Assembly: GCA_051362555.1 (NCBI GenBank)
Contig: CM120646.1
Span: 248,001 to 312,000 of the forward strand
Origin: Lingula anatina
Taxonomy: Eukaryota; Animalia; Brachiopoda
Length of the DNA stretch: 64,000 nt
Direction of reading: 5' to 3'
The notes under the pieces are model-generated. The model worked only from the letters and a program-made list of their open reading frames with translations, searched no databases and was not told the DNA's origin. Of the stretch, positions 38,515-53,294 are shown piece after piece (position 1 is the stretch's first letter; each line of letters begins with the position of its first letter). The position numbers and the translations under genes are program-made.

Positions 38515-38946
38515 CTGACAACATAGCCCAACACTGGGTCACACCTGTTGTCATGACAACATAGCCACACACTAGGTCACACCTGTTGTCATGACAACAT
38601 AAAGCCATACACAGGGTCACACCTGTTGTCATGACAACATAGCCATACACTGGGTCACACCTTTTGTCATGACAACATAGCCATACACTGGGTCACACCT
38701 GTTGTCATGACAACATAGCCATACACTGGGTCACACCTGTTGTCATGACAACATAGCCATACACTGGGTCACACCTGTTGTCGTGACAACATAGCCATAC
38801 ACTGGGTGACACCTGTTGTCGTGACAACATAGCCATACACTGGGTGACACCTGTTGTCGTGACAACATAGCCATACACTGGGTAACACCTGTTGTCGTGA
38901 CAACATAGCCATACACTGGGTGACACCTGTTGTCATGACAACATAG
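38515..38946. repeat. 38-bp minisatellite (gacaacatagccatacactgggtcacacctgttgtcat), ~11 units
   Basis: Unit junctions form the palindrome tgttgtcatgacaaca. Confidence 0.96.
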
Positions 38947-41900
38947 CAGATCTCATTTGTTATTATCCCATGCATGAAGTGTTCCAGAAGTGATGAAGAT
39001 AAAATAAAGTGATTTGTCAATGTACTTGCAGAACTTTCTTCCAAGGTAGTTAGTGAGATAAAGACCTTGAAAATGAGATGGAGCTCATCACCACAGGCAG
39101 GAATTACATTGAGAACTTGTATGGTCTTTTTAGATATTAATGTGTCTGATTTAGATTTCATATATGCTAGAAAAAAAATGGGCTCAAATCATTGATAGAG
39201 GTTTCTATAAGAATATATTGTCATATTAACAACTTCAGCTTAGGGATGATATGGTTAGGGCATGCAAGGCACGGAAATAAATGTCAGTCTGAAAAAGTGA
39301 TTATGAAGAGAAGATTGTCATACCAAAGTGATCCGCAGTAAGAAGATTGCAGAAGGCATGGCACAGAGTGATGAGAAGCAAGATTCTTAGAGCAAATTAA
39401 CCTGTGATAGACGACAGGGCCTGAAGAAAAGAGGCCGTAGAGCAAGATGACAGAAGAAATGGGACAGACGCACATGCCATGCATTTCTTGAAGCAATGAA
39501 GTGGTAGAAAATGACAGAGTATTTACTGCTAATGAAGCTTAATGATCTAACCAGTATTTCACACACAATCAACGCTTCTGTAAACATAATTAGAGGCTTG
39601 TGGAACCTAGAGCCTGCTTACTCACTAGATACAATGCTAAAACTGGGGAAATGAGCTACTATTGTTGGCCCCCTGAATAAAAAAATTACCTGAATTTTAC
39701 ATAAAAAATTAATCAATATGAGGTCAAATTTATTCTTACTCAGTACAACTGTTAAAATTATTTGGCATTTTTGTCAACTTAAAATTGCCTTAAAAAACTG
39801 GATTTGAGGGTACTTTATATGACAATTCTTTGGCATTCTTTTATCTATTATTTGCCTTAAACCAGGGCCAGCATTGATTTCAGTGTACAAGTTTTAATAA
39901 CATATTGACATGTTGGTTGCTAGAGGGAGACACTGGGGTGATCACGGTGTCATTGAGGCAGAGAAATCAGTTGAATTCTTCTGACTCTCGTTTAGTCATC
40001 ACATTTCATAAATAAATGAATTGGCCACATAAGTATAAAATAGTTGCTCAGCAAAGAGGAAAGTAGAAAAAATGCACGATGCCTGGGGGAATGGACTGAA
40101 GAGATTTGCATTTGTTAAAAGACAGAAAGGGGGATGCCATGTTAATGTCACATCTAAGAGTATTGTGAAGCAGGGAAAAAAGATGGATTGGAGACAAGAA
40201 AGAATTTGATAGGACAGAAGAAAATATGGAGGAACTGGCCAGTGCCATAGAAACAATATAACACTAAACTTTCTTTTCTAATATGCATCTTTGAGTTCCT
40301 ATTTCAAATTTAAAGAAAAAATGGTATATTTTAACATTTGAATAAAAGTATTTGGTGACAAAGAACCTGCTAACTTAAGTCCCCATCCTTCCCCAGATTG
40401 TTTTCTATCGGTTTGAAATTAAGACTATCTAGAAAAGCTATATCTTGTCATATTGATGAAAATGATAGGTACCTCTCAATATTGTCACTATCAACATAAA
40501 AAACAATTTCAAATTGTGAACCATAATTGTTGGATTCTATACAATAAAATCAATAAGACAGCATACAACCAGTGTGTGTAGGGAGAGAGTGGCATTGTGA
40601 AGTTATAGTCATATGATGGTTTGGCATACAACAGGGTTTCTATATGATATTATTAGTTATAATGCCTGGTAGTCTAGTGTGACGTGCTCTATGATCACTG
40701 CCAATAAATACCCCTCCCCCCCCCCCCAAACACCAGGAAGGTTGTAGTCAGTGTTCAACAGGGGTTTACTACAGAATGTTTTAGTTATAACCCAAAAGGT
40801 TAAAACGTAAAAGTTCTGGGTAGAAAGGCTTAATTGCAACAAACAATTTTGCAATTCCTCAGAAGCAAACTGGAGACAGGAGTCATTAATCCAGTAGGAC
40901 ATTGGGTGGTGTCACCCCATTATCAGCTACCTGTGATCAGGACTAAAACATTTTTGTTCAAACCATTGTGAACATGACTGTGGTTAGGTAACAGCATATG
41001 TCATAGACAGAGCAGCAGACTTGTCTGTCACTGAGGTAACTATGGGAACAGTGGGCTACCAGTCAAAATAATCAAGTTTAAAAAACACCCACAAGTCAGC
41101 CTTGTAAGTAAAACATTAGCTTTTTTCCCAGTTGTGATTGATTTGATAAAAGATTAGCTATTTGTCTGAATTAAAAATATGCCTTTGCAGACCCAGAGGT
41201 TTGATAGAGCACATTGTTTCCTAATCTTTACACTTCCACTAATGGAACTGAGTCTGGTTCGCTCATCCCTTGCTCCAAGATAATCAGACAGCTTTTGGCA
41301 AGTTTTTTTAGGAAAATAATATCTGAAAAAGTGGCACAGTGAAATTTAACTGCTGGGAATCTATATGGTGAAGTTGCTGTTGCGTAGCATATTTATGAAG
41401 AAGAAGATAATGGATTTGAGTGCAACTGCTGATTTTGACTTCTTTGCCAGTTGGGGATTGGGAAAGTAGCTATTAGCTATGGTTAAGTGGTGTGACAGTT
41501 TATTCCGTCTTTTAGGGAAAAAAGCTCATTTTTTCCACAAATGATTTCCTTCCTCTCACACCCTCTTACACGCGCTGCGGCACTTAGAGCCCTCTCAACT
41601 TTAAGTCCTACATGGAGAATGATCCATTATCTCCTCCTTGGTGTCATTTGTCATAAGGCTTTGGATTCATAATGCACTTCAGATATGTGAACAGAAGCTG
41701 AAAATATGACACCAGCTCTACTGAAGACCATAGGACTCTACTGATGTCTAGACATGGATTCTGACATTTCATGATTTTCTCACTTATTTCAGCAATAAAA
41801 TATTCTGCTTTTCTCTTTTTAAATTGCAAAACAAACAAATGAGATCAAAAGTATATCAGTAAGACATACATTTTTTTTGAGGTAGAAACCTCTGTGCTCT

Positions 41901-44588
41901 CTAATATATATTTTGTTTTAGTCAAAAATGTAAAAGTTAAAGCCAAATAAAAATTTTGGATCAAACCTGTGATAAATGACAACCAATAAGTGTACATTTT
42001 TTAAATAACAAAATATAAGTAAATATTATATTTGAAAATTGCTATGGTTCTTGTTTTTCCATTAAGTCCAAACTTGGTGAGAGTGTCAAAATCAACTTCC
42101 TGGTCTTTTTCACTGATAAAAAAGAAAAATAGAAATGAGAAAGTAATTTTTGTTAAAAAGTGGATAAAAACAAAGTGCTGTCACCAACTTGTTTGTGTGG
42201 AGGACATTAGAAATGACAGGATAAAGTGGGAAGTCATTGTGGTTAGATGTAGCTGTATACCCAGGTAGATATAGCGTGTGTTATCATAGTATGTGGTTAG
42301 ATACATGTATAGCGTGTGATATTAAAGTATTTGGTTAAACAGGAGGAACAGACAGCTATGTCACAGGTAACTGGGTGCACACTCTAGGTTAACACAGCCA
42401 ACAGTTTGGCCCTGGACTGTCTACCCATAGCTAGACTATAGATCTGTACCTGTCAGTTACAGCATCACTGTGAAACGATGAAGACAGAGTTAAACATTCA
42501 CAGCACTCAGCTTCGTGGCCAGTCTATTGGTTGCTTGGCTAGGCAGTTTAACATGTTAGCTTGTTAATTTGACCACATTTGGGTTGTTCATTTGCTGTTT
42601 GGGCTGTAAAGTGCAGTGTGCTGCCCAGCTAAATTGATTGCTTGACTTGTAAATGAAAATCTTTTACTACACTTAGTGGCTATGGACTCGTTCAGATTGC
42701 TCAGTGCTAAGTACGGCTTTACATTATAGCCAGCTTTTGTTATTAACAATAGAAACAGAGGGGTAATATGAGAATGTGAGAATTTCTTCCCTGAAGACAG
42801 AAATGGTTTTATCACTTGCAATATTAATATTATTGATGTGTTTTTTTTTTTATTAATTTTTTCTGTGTGGGAGAATTAGACTATGTACTGGGTAATACAG
42901 TGACATAGGTGCAGCATGCTGGAGGGTACAGTGACAACATTACACTTAACATCTACAATTATACAGATAACAGTGATTTACAACTCATGTAAAATTTACA
43001 ATTGGAGAAAATCACTTAGCTTCAAGAAAGGAGTTCAAGCCTCCCAGGTACAGCGTATGGCAGGAGGGAAATTCTTCATCACTGCTATGGGAGAAATACT
43101 GACATATTTTGCAAGTTTTATCATTATTTTGCCTGTCAAAAGTTATGATTTTGCTGCAAGCTTTTCAAAGTTTATTAAATATGCTGTTGTAGTGTTTTGT
43201 AAGACTTGTGGGAAGGAAGAATTGAATGCCTTTTTAAAGTGAATTGGAGTTTAAAAGTACATTTTTGTGGAGAACTAGAAAAAAATCTAGCAGTAAATGT
43301 TGGAGTAAGTTTGTCGTTCGAATTGTTTTAATAAAAATCAGTTATCAATTAAATGTGTTCTCCAGCAGCCACAGTTTTATATTGATTACCAAATACAGAA
43401 ATTGGTTGATATAGGAGTAATTGATTGTAATAGACACAAACAAAATGAATAGTACAGCTAGGAAGGAGTAATCCCCACAGTGAAAAAACAAAGTGAACAT
43501 TTTTGAAATGGCCTTATTGGGAAAAAGGATGATCTCTCGTAATGAAATATAAAACGGAAGAGACATCTCTTCATGATGACCCTATTCATGTATATAGAGA
43601 CCTTTCTTTGTCTCAGCTCAGTTTTCAATCAGGTTAATTAAAAAACACAGGTGAGATGTTAACTTTGATTTCCCAGGTGAGAAACTTGAAAGAGTTCAAA
43701 TAATGAAGTGAAATCTATCATACCACTTAATGCCAAACAGAAACTTGTCATGAAATAAGGATACAGTGCAAAATTTCAAACAAAAACAAAAGTTGCTGTT
43801 AATTGGTGCATTTCTGGTAGATAAAGGGATATTCTCACAAATCACCCACTGTATTGGTGCAAGGGAAGTCCTTGATTGGTGTAGAGTGCAAGACACGTGT
43901 TCTGAAAGGTCATTCAGAAAATAAACAAGTTGACTTGCCTGCATATTCTAGGACAGGCCAGCCATTGTTGTTGCTTTGATCCTCCCAAAAGTTTTAAATT
44001 TGACCTTAACTGAGAGTCAGGAATTGGAATAAGTTAAGGCCAGTGTACACGCAGTATGGTTTCAATCAAGAGTTCGAGGAGTTCAGGCCAATTTTACGCA
44101 GCTGAAGTTGGGTTTTGTATTTAAAGATATTTCACACATAGTGCAGAATTGATTGTACAATTGATGTGATTTAGGAGGTGTTACTCAACATATTGCAATC
44201 AACACTTCAATAATTAGATTCTGTGACTGCTTACAGAGACCTGGTGCTTGTTAAAGGAAGCTCTGTGATCTGCTGTGGGTAGCTATGATGAGTGGACAAT
44301 CAATCAGTTTTATTACATGACCAGGTGGTGAACTGTGGCTGATTTAAGATGGTCAACTTCCCAAATTGGGGGCTAACACGATTGTTTCAAAAGTATTACT
44401 AAGATTGATTGAGATGCTGTAACTGAAGATGTTCTTTTACTTTGAAGAAATTCTGATATATATCTTTCTAGTGAGAGTAATATATATATTTTTTAAACTG
44501 CGATATACATGTTGGTGAAAAATGCAACTTTTTTATGCCTTAGATTCTGCAGTTCAACTGCTGTGGGTTCATTCAGTGTGATCAGCTA

Positions 44589-46803
44589 TTTTATTATGTA
44601 CAGACACAGATGTGTCTGTACATATTGCCATCACCTGCGTCTGTCGTCGCCGTCGCCGTCGCCGTCGCCGATCATGTCGCCGTCGCCGTGCACTTTCAGC
44701 GTTAACACCATAAGTGGAAGACAGTTTTACTTTTTGGCTTAATAGTTACAAAGCTGACTAATATTCATAAAACGCAGGTCAAGTTCGAAAATCAGCATAA
44801 TCGGGCCATTATTGTAGAATTTATGCTGTTTTTTCACTTTTTAGCATATATACAACACTGTTAACACATTTCAAGGAAAACGGATAGGCCTGTTGTCATG
44901 AAACTCACAGGAGTAATCAATCTTACTAAAACGCAGATCAAGTTCGAAAATCAGCATGATCGGGCAACTATTTTAGTAGTTATGCTGTTTTTTTCACTTT
45001 TCAGCATATGTGCAACACTGTTAACACATTTCAAGGAAAACCGATAGACCTGTTGTCATGAAACTCACAGGAGTAATTGATCTCACTAAAACTCAGGTCA
45101 AGTTCGAAAATCAGCATAATCAGGCCATTATTTTATAAGTTATGCTGTTTTTTCACATTTCCTCAGATTCAATTCTTAGGCATGTTAACAGTCTCATTAT
45201 TTAACTAATAAGATTCGTAAAAGTGTTTGTTTGACATTTCCTGCATCTTTACAACATTGTTAGTTGATTATGTAAAAATGATGGTAAACTTGTTATCATG
45301 TATTGTATAATAGAGTTTCAAAAATGGAAATAAACTCATATCATAGCAGTTTGGCAGATTCATTCATTCACTATGTTCAGAATCTCAGAATGGAGGAAAT
45401 TGGACATTTAACACTGTTCTATTGATATTTTTCCTATCTCATCAATTTTCTTAGTTGATCATATAAAAATGGCAGTAAATTATTAATTTTGTTATATGTT
45501 AAAAAATTGTTAAAAATGGAAAAAAACACATTTCAGGACAGTGCTGCCTTGTCTACATTTTGGTATTTTCAAGGTGTGACTTTGAAGTTCCTTGGGCCTG
45601 AAGACCTTTGCTAGGAACATTTTCTGAATATCCATGATACTAATATTTTATTATTAAAAATTGATGGTAATTATCCTGTTAAACCTTATGTAATATTGCA
45701 CCAAAATTTTAAGACACACCTATTTTGGACACTGCTCCCATGATGACCATTTAAGGAAAACCATGTCACTTACTGTTCTCAAACTTACAGGAAAGAAACA
45801 TGGGACTTAAATAAAGCTTCAGTGGGCAATGCAGTTTGTTTGGTAAATTTTTCTGGCAGTTAAACTGTTTTTTTTTTTTTTTTTTGTGAAAATTTAATTT
45901 TTCACATATTGGCATTTTCAAGGTGTGACTTAAGAACCTCCACGAGCTTGAAGACCCATGCTAATCACATTTTCTGAAAATCCATGATAAGGATCTTTTA
46001 TTATTAAAAATTGATGGTCATTATGCTGTTAAGCATTATGTAATATTGCATTAAAATAGAAGAAAACACAATTTTGGGTGCTGCTGCCATGATGACCATT
46101 ATGGGAAAACCATGTTACTTATGATTGTCAAACTTTCAAAAAAGAAACAAAGGACTAAAATGCAGCCTGAGCTGGAAAAGCAGTCTAATTGGCTTCTTTT
46201 TCTGGAAGTTATACATTTTAGTGAAATATTCATTTTTATCATGTTGGCATATTCATTGTGGGACTCGAAGCTCCCATGGACATGAAGCCAAATGGTAATC
46301 AAATTTTCTACTTGTCCATGCTATTTATAGTCAATATTCAAAAATTGGTGATAATTATTCTGTAATTTATTATGTAATGTTACATCAAAATTGACAAAAA
46401 TCTTTTTGCACTGCTACTTCAAACATTATGAAAAGAAAACTGTGTTACTTATTAGTATTTTCAACTTACAAGTATGATTGGTAGGATTGGCATGCAGTTC
46501 AAATAAGAAAGCCAGCTCAAATGGGTTATCATTTATTATTGAATTTAAGCAGTTTTATGTGAAATTTTCATTTTTCTCATTCTGGCATATTCAAAGTGTG
46601 AACTTAAACTCCCATGGGCTCGAAGCCTTACGCTTGTTTCACATTTCACTTACATTGGTATTACCTGTTGAGCATAATTAAAATTTGATGTTGAATTTGC
46701 AGTTAAGCATAATGTACTTTTGCATCAGAATTGACAGTAGCCTGTTTTGTGCATTGTTATTGTCTGTTTTTTGTCTGTACATTTGACAGCTTTGCTGCCT
46801 TGT
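44589..46803 (+). mobile_element. Non-autonomous Helentron-associated element (HINE/DINE-1-like) with internal tandem arrays
   Basis: T-rich 5' end; hairpin atgtacagacaca-ga-tgtgtctgtacat (44596-44623); (gtcgcc)n microsatellite; ~160-bp repeats; 3' subTIR tgtctgtacat (46772-46782) followed by short hairpin gacagc-ttt-gctgcc and ttgt. Confidence 0.8.
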
Positions 46804-48367
46804 CCAATATTGGCAGAGAAATACAATTGGATGAATACATATCTCTTTGAAGGTAATTAATGGTGATTACACATAAAAGTAATGCCGGCACAGGTCAAGC
46901 ATATAAACATTGGAGACAAATATATTTTTATCAAGTACTTCAGCCCAGATTTGTTATTATCAGCCATTTCAAGCGTGCACTTCATTAAGGGCCAGAGCCT
47001 CGGCAGAAAAGGAGGCTTCCATCCCTCAGTGGTAGAGTGGAGAAGAAGTGTAGTTTAATCAAGATTCATGGGTCATTAGTGGAAAGTTTCAGTTATTACA
47101 GCATTGATTCTTGTCTACCATTGGACCAGAGATGGTCATTTGATGAGCTGTTGCTAGGCAACCACAAATAAGTCCAATAGAGGGAGAGGTACCAGGGGGG
47201 GACCAGTGCGGCAGATGGGCCCAAGTTAAAACTATTTAAGAACCACCTAGTGTGCAGGGGGGTTCATGTCAGGGCTGAATCAGACCCCAAATAGTCTAAT
47301 AATAATCTATAAAATATGTGTTTTAATGATTTTCTATTTAATACATTTCAAACAAAAATTCAGATTTAATGAAGTTTGATAAACATCAACTTTTTTATCC
47401 TTCATACTTCATTTATTTATACTTTATAATGAGAAGTACTTACCCACTATTAAAAACTTTAAAATGTTGAAAAGCCCTGAAGTTATGCCTCAGCTTTCAA
47501 TGATTCAAATCTTTTTTTTTTTCTTTTTTGAAAAAAGATAAATAGACAGACCAAAGAATTCAATCCAGTTAGTTTCCCAGACAGAACAAATTACTTTTTT
47601 GTACAAAGTACTTTTTTGCAAGTATTAAGTCTGCTGACATTTAAAAGATGAATCTCTGGAAGGACACAGTTAAAAGCTCGGCAGATCGGCTGGAATCAAT
47701 ACATAACCACGGGCTTGCCATGAGAGAGGAGACAAACTATTACCTCTGGCAGCAGTAATTTGAGCATTGTTGGGCAATGGAAGCTGATTACCAATTTTCT
47801 GTTGAGACCTCTTAGATCTCTTTTTCTTTTTTATCCCAAGTGGTATTTCCAGTTCAAGTTGCATCTACAGAGGCTAATGAGGATATTGAACAGTAACATG
47901 ACCTGCAGGTGATATTGACCCTGTCCCAGAAGACGCGTGGTCCGCCAGACCAGACAATGGAGCACATACTGTATTACAGTGCTAGTAAGACAACTGCCCT
48001 CAAGTTGTACGCTAATAGAACAGGACATTGTCAAGGAAACCAGTGACAATTCCCGGGAGAGAAATTACAGAGAGAGGACATAGTCTAGGAAATGATTTCT
48101 GCCCGCTTGCTGCAGGGAACGGGAGGTCTCGGAATCCAGAGATGTTGTCTCCCACTGGATGTCTTATAAAGAATTGATCCTGCCAGTTTTGTCAGAGAAC
48201 AGAAATCTCTCCTGGCAATAACAATGTTTTTACTAAACTGCTGAGGGTTTGGAGATATTCTAAGGAAGGATTTTAGTTACACAGAGGTAGATATAGCAGT
48301 ATATATAGCTGTAGAGAACAGTGCGGTAATGTCCCACCTGATGGCTGGGGGATGGTTTAACACACCT

Positions 48368-48877
48368 GTGATCCAGTTAGATATTAAGAGGGGGATACAG
48401 GTAACATGTGATCCAGTTAGACATTAAGAGGGGGTACAGGTAACATATGTGATCCAGTTAGACATTAAGAGTGGGATACAGGTAACATATGTTATCCAGT
48501 TAGACATTAAGAGGGGTACAGGTAACATATGTGATCCAGTTAGACATTAAGAGTGGGATACAGGTAACATATGTGATCCAGTTAGACATTAAGAGTGGGA
48601 TACAGGTAACATATGTGATCCAGTTAGATATTAAGAGGGGGTACAGGTAACATATGTGATCCAGTTAGACATTAAGAGTGGGATACAGGTAACATATGTG
48701 ATCCAGTTAGACATTAAGAGGGGGTACAGGTAACATATGTGATCCAGTTAGACATTAAGAGTGGGATACAGGTAACATATGTGATCCAGTTAGACATTAA
48801 GAGTGGGATACAGGTAACATATGTGATCCAGTTAGACATTAAGAGGAGGGTACAGGTAACATATGTGATCCAGGTAA
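48368..48877. repeat. 41-42-bp minisatellite (gtgatccagttagacattaagagtgggatacaggtaacatat), ~12 units
   Basis: Direct reading. Confidence 0.96.
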
Positions 48878-49074
48878 TACGCCCTGTGATCGAGTTAGAT
48901 AGTTACAGTGGGCTACAGGTAATATATATGATCCAGGTAATATTGCACAGGACAGTGGTCACTTGTACAGATCTGCAGGTTTTTTCTGATATCAGTTTAT
49001 AGTTTACTTCTGCAAGAATAGAGTTAGACATTTAGATGTGGGCGGGAAAGCTGCCTGCTTTAACAAGAGAGAGT

Positions 49075-49592
49075 GACACTGAGTTGACATGGAGGGGGAC
49101 ACTGAGTTGACATGGAGGGGGACACTGAGTTGACATGGAGGGGAACACTGAGTTGACATGGAGGGGGACACTGAGTTGACATGGAGGGGAACACTGAGTT
49201 GACATGGAGGGGGACACTGAGTTGACATGGAGGGAGACACTGAGTTGACATGGAGAGTGACACTGAGTTGACATGGAGGGGGACACTGAGTTGACATGGA
49301 GGGGGACACTGAGTTGACATGGAGAGTGACACTGAGTTGACATGGAGGGGAACACTGAGTTGACATGGAGGAGGACACTGAGTTGACAATGAGGGAACAC
49401 TGAGTTGACATGGAGGGTGACACTGAGTTGACATGGAGGGTGACACTGAGTTGACATGGAGGGAGACGCTGAGTTGACATGGAGGGAGACACTGAGTTGA
49501 CAGGGAGGGGGACACTGAGTTGACAATGAGGGAACACTGAGTTGACATGGAGGGGGACACTGAGTTGACATGGAGGGGGACACTCAGTTGAC
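49075..49592. repeat. 23-bp minisatellite (gacactgagttgacatggagggg), ~22 units
   Basis: Direct reading; gives 23-aa periodic minus-strand ORFs. Confidence 0.96.
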
Positions 49593-50095
49593 TGTTTTTA
49601 CAATAAATAAATGTTGTTCTTATTAAAAATGAAAAATTAATAATCCAAAAATATAGTATATGTGTAGTAAAAGAAATGTGAAAATGAAAAAGAGTCATTC
49701 ATCAAGTTTAGCCTGTCTCAGTACAGAATTGTGACATAGGGGCACCATTGAAAGATCTGCTAAGTACAGAATGTGGGTAGTTTTTTATATCTCTTTTTCT
49801 TTTTTAAAATGCACATTAAAACTTTGTCATTTTTAGACATGTATTTATGACAAAATGTTATTTGTGGCTTATTTTTTCCTTCAGTAGAGGATGCAGCTAT
49901 TTTGCGTGGATGAAGCAGACGACTACGGATATCACATTTTTATTGTTTGACAGCCTGCTATACTGCTTCCAATATTCGTCGGAAGACCTTGTCTTTCAAA
50001 AAAAGGCAGAGATATTGATGCATTATGACAGTGTGTCTATAATTTGTGACTCTGAACAGCCCGTAGTCTGCCTGAACTGAACAGCTCAGACTAAA

Positions 50096-50183
50096 ATGGT
50101 TAGAAAGAAGAAGAAGATGATTTTTACCTCATGGATCTTGCCGCTTTCTTTGTTGTTAGCAGGAATCCAATCGCAGAGAACAG
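50096..50183 (+). CDS. Candidate first coding exon encoding a signal peptide (MVRKKKKMIFTSWILPLSLLLAGIQSQRT-G)
   Basis: Strong start context aaaATGg; in-frame upstream stop at 50078; basic n-region and hydrophobic h-region; phase-1 donor cag|gtaatg; possible UTR acceptor ttttttccttcag ending at 49884. Confidence 0.65.
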
Positions 50184-53100
50184 GTAATGGGTCCGCACAT
50201 CTTTTAATTAACTCCACATGCAGATAAATGGGTTATTAATGAGGATATTAATTATGGATTGTTGGGAAAAATGGAGTTGATTAAGTTTTTGTAGCAGATC
50301 ATCAATACAGATGATTTTCGCCTCTCTCTCTCTCACTCTTTCTGATGACATTACTAGCTCTGATAATGAATATTAGGGATGAGTCTCTCTCCAGATATTA
50401 ATTGAGGAGATCAGACATACCTCTCTGAACTTGGAGAAGAAAATGTGTGATTTTATAGACATTGATTTATTTCAGTGTAAGATATGTTATAAATAATTAA
50501 CAGTGTCTAAAGATTGGTAGATAAGAAAGGAGTTTATATGGAGGAGCAGCCATCTTGAAATAAAGAATGTGAAATGAGAGAATATTGTTATAATAGTTTG
50601 GTTATGTTGGATAAAAAGTTGTCAGTTAACTAAAGAATTTTAGTTTACAAATTATGTCTCCTATGTGGATGAACACTTATTCCATTTAAGAAATGTGTAG
50701 TTATCTGTTTTATCATAGATGTTTATGTGTTAAAAATTTTAAGACCTAAGGTGTAGATTTTTGATCATAAACATGAAAATGATGAAAGAGGAACAGTTGT
50801 AACTACCTGCCCCACAACACATACCTGTCATATGTACCACATCTTCTGTGCCTCCCCACCCCCCACCCCGCCACCCCTTCAACCGCCCCTTCTCCCCCCC
50901 CCCACCCCCCCACTCTCTCAACTGCCCCTCCCCACCCCGCCACCCCCTCCTCCCCCCCTCCCCCCATCTCCTGCCCAGTCTTCTGTCTGTTACCTCTGGG
51001 GGTCAGTATTCTTGTTAAGGATCAGGAAGTTAAATCAACTGTGATAACCTCAGCTGCGAGCTATGTGGACAGCCTGACACAAGAGAAAAGAGCAAACACA
51101 AAATACAGAGAGAAAGTAGAATTGCAAATATCCATTTGCACTGGTAGCTTTTATCTGGGTTGATTGGTTAATGGTGGAGCATGTATTGATGAGGTAGCGG
51201 CTAAGGTGAGGGGGGGGGGTGGGCATTCGGACAGAAAAGCAGCACTTTCATCTGCATCAAAATAGTGGAGAGTTTTTTGTAGTGACTGAAAAAATTAAGT
51301 AAATTCTTTCATGGAATTTAAGTTGTATTTAGTGTTGATAGAGTATGTATAGGAAGGAGCAAGGGACTGAGAAGTTCGTGTGTGTGTTTGTGTGAGCATG
51401 CATTTGTGCATGTGCATATGTGTGGAAGAAGAGAGGAGTTACAAATGCTATTTGAAAAAAAACTGTAAATGTAAAGAAAATGTAAAAATAATGAATTTAA
51501 CCCTACAATAATCTGCCAGATGAAATGCCCTTGACTTGTTAATGACTTTGTACCTAAATTAGATATTTGACTTCTCTCTGATTAGATCTGACAGATGTAA
51601 TGAGGAAAAACCCACTTATCTTCGTCTCTGGGACTTCATCCACACTATCTGTAACTTGTTATCTCTGCATGAAAAGACTTCATTTCAAATTTTCTTGCAG
51701 TGTCCTCTGTAATGGCTGATTATTTTGCCTGTATCAGAAAACAGAATGTCACCAGAGCTCTCCACTGTGGACTGGCATGTCAACAGTAATTGTCACTTTA
51801 GTCAGTGACATTTTAGTTTAATAGCAAGCAATGAGAAATCCTGATAAAAGTTTAGAAGGGAGATACCTTTTATTGTTCAATGCAGGGTGAAGATTTGTGT
51901 TTTAATTTCCAAAATAGTTAAAAATTCTTAATGGGCTTAGATGCTTTTGAATGTTTGTCATGGATTCTGTAATTTTTTTCTGAATTTATCAGTTCTGAAA
52001 TTTTGAAATGTATGCAGCAGGGAAGGTGTTTAAATTTTGTGAGTGATAATTTAGCATACTTCAGACAATACAGGTGTTTAGTGAATTTATGTGTATGAAC
52101 CTTGATTAATTTTTTTTCAGTATTTTAGATCAGTGTTTTTGTTGAAGGAATGAAGTGAATATCTCTCACTATTTCCATAATTTGTTCATGACTGGTTTTA
52201 CAATGGTTCTACTTGGTGCTTCTTAATCTTTATTTATTGATGGTTATTTGCTCTTTAAGAATTTGTTCTTCACACTAAAAACAGAAAAAAGCCTGCAAGA
52301 AACAGCTGCATGCGAATAGTTAATCTGAGACCAGCGCTCGCTGTTGTAACGTTTGTTTTCAGTCAAGAAATATCCACTTGGGGAATGAACAAATTGTTCC
52401 AAACTATTACTTGATTGATTTTGTCTGCAGGGAAAACTGGATTGTAATTAGTTTGAGTTAACGAAAGTGTCGTTTTATGTTCTTTTGTTAAATGTTAACA
52501 GGCCCTGTAAAGTTGTTTTAATAAAAAAAATCAAATTCAGAAAATCAAGTATAATTGGTTTGGTGGATAAAATATGTCTATGGGAAACGGATTGTCCATA
52601 TTTCTTATGAGTACAGGGAGGGAAGGTGTCATATACAGTTACTGGAAGTTGTGTTTTGATTTTTTTCTAAAGCCTTTTCAAGTCATTATCTCTGATATCT
52701 GCAGACACCTTAATACTCCCTGGTCACAGTTATGACGGAAGTTATTGTATTCAAGCCAAGTACATCCTAAATTTAGGACTCGTGCTGAGCAGAAAGCAGT
52801 CAGTGGCAAGTATGGTAGTTGCTGCTTCATTCAGTTTGCTCAACAAAACAAACAGACATTTGGAGCAGTAAACAATTCTGGGAGGGTTGCAAATGTGACA
52901 AATTACTAAGATTTTTGGGGGCTTTTTCTGTTTACAATCAGGTTAAGGTTTTTTTTGTTTGTTTGTTTGTTTTTAATTCAAACTGTCCAGGACTGTGATT
53001 CTGTTGCTTTGGGTTTCTTAGAAAGCTGCTCTTAGCGTGATTACCCAGGGGCAAGTAGCCCCAGAGCATGGTGGGATTGAAAACAGGCGAGGGAAATGGT

Positions 53101-53273
53101 AGAAAATCAAAATGAAAACCAGTGTCTCCTGGGCCATGAATGACATGTGCACTCTGACTTAAATTGCCCTTCTTGATGAGATTTTAACCTTTAAAATACC
53201 TTAAGAGGCCAAAGCCACTGAATTCAATAAACTTTGTAATTTACTAGAATTTCATTAGTACTTTTTCTTCCAG

Positions 53274-53294
53274 GGAAAGCCATTGACATTTCAG
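53274..53294 (+). CDS. Candidate 21-nt microexon (G-KAIDIS-G), phase 1/1
   Basis: ctttttcttccag|ggaaagccattgacatttcag|gtaaaa; length divisible by 3 and open in the phase left by the 50183 donor. Confidence 0.4.

Noticed and set aside
50832-51044. Proline-rich ORF
   Set aside because: Low-complexity C-rich tract (G-quadruplex-prone on the minus strand) without a convincing exon structure.
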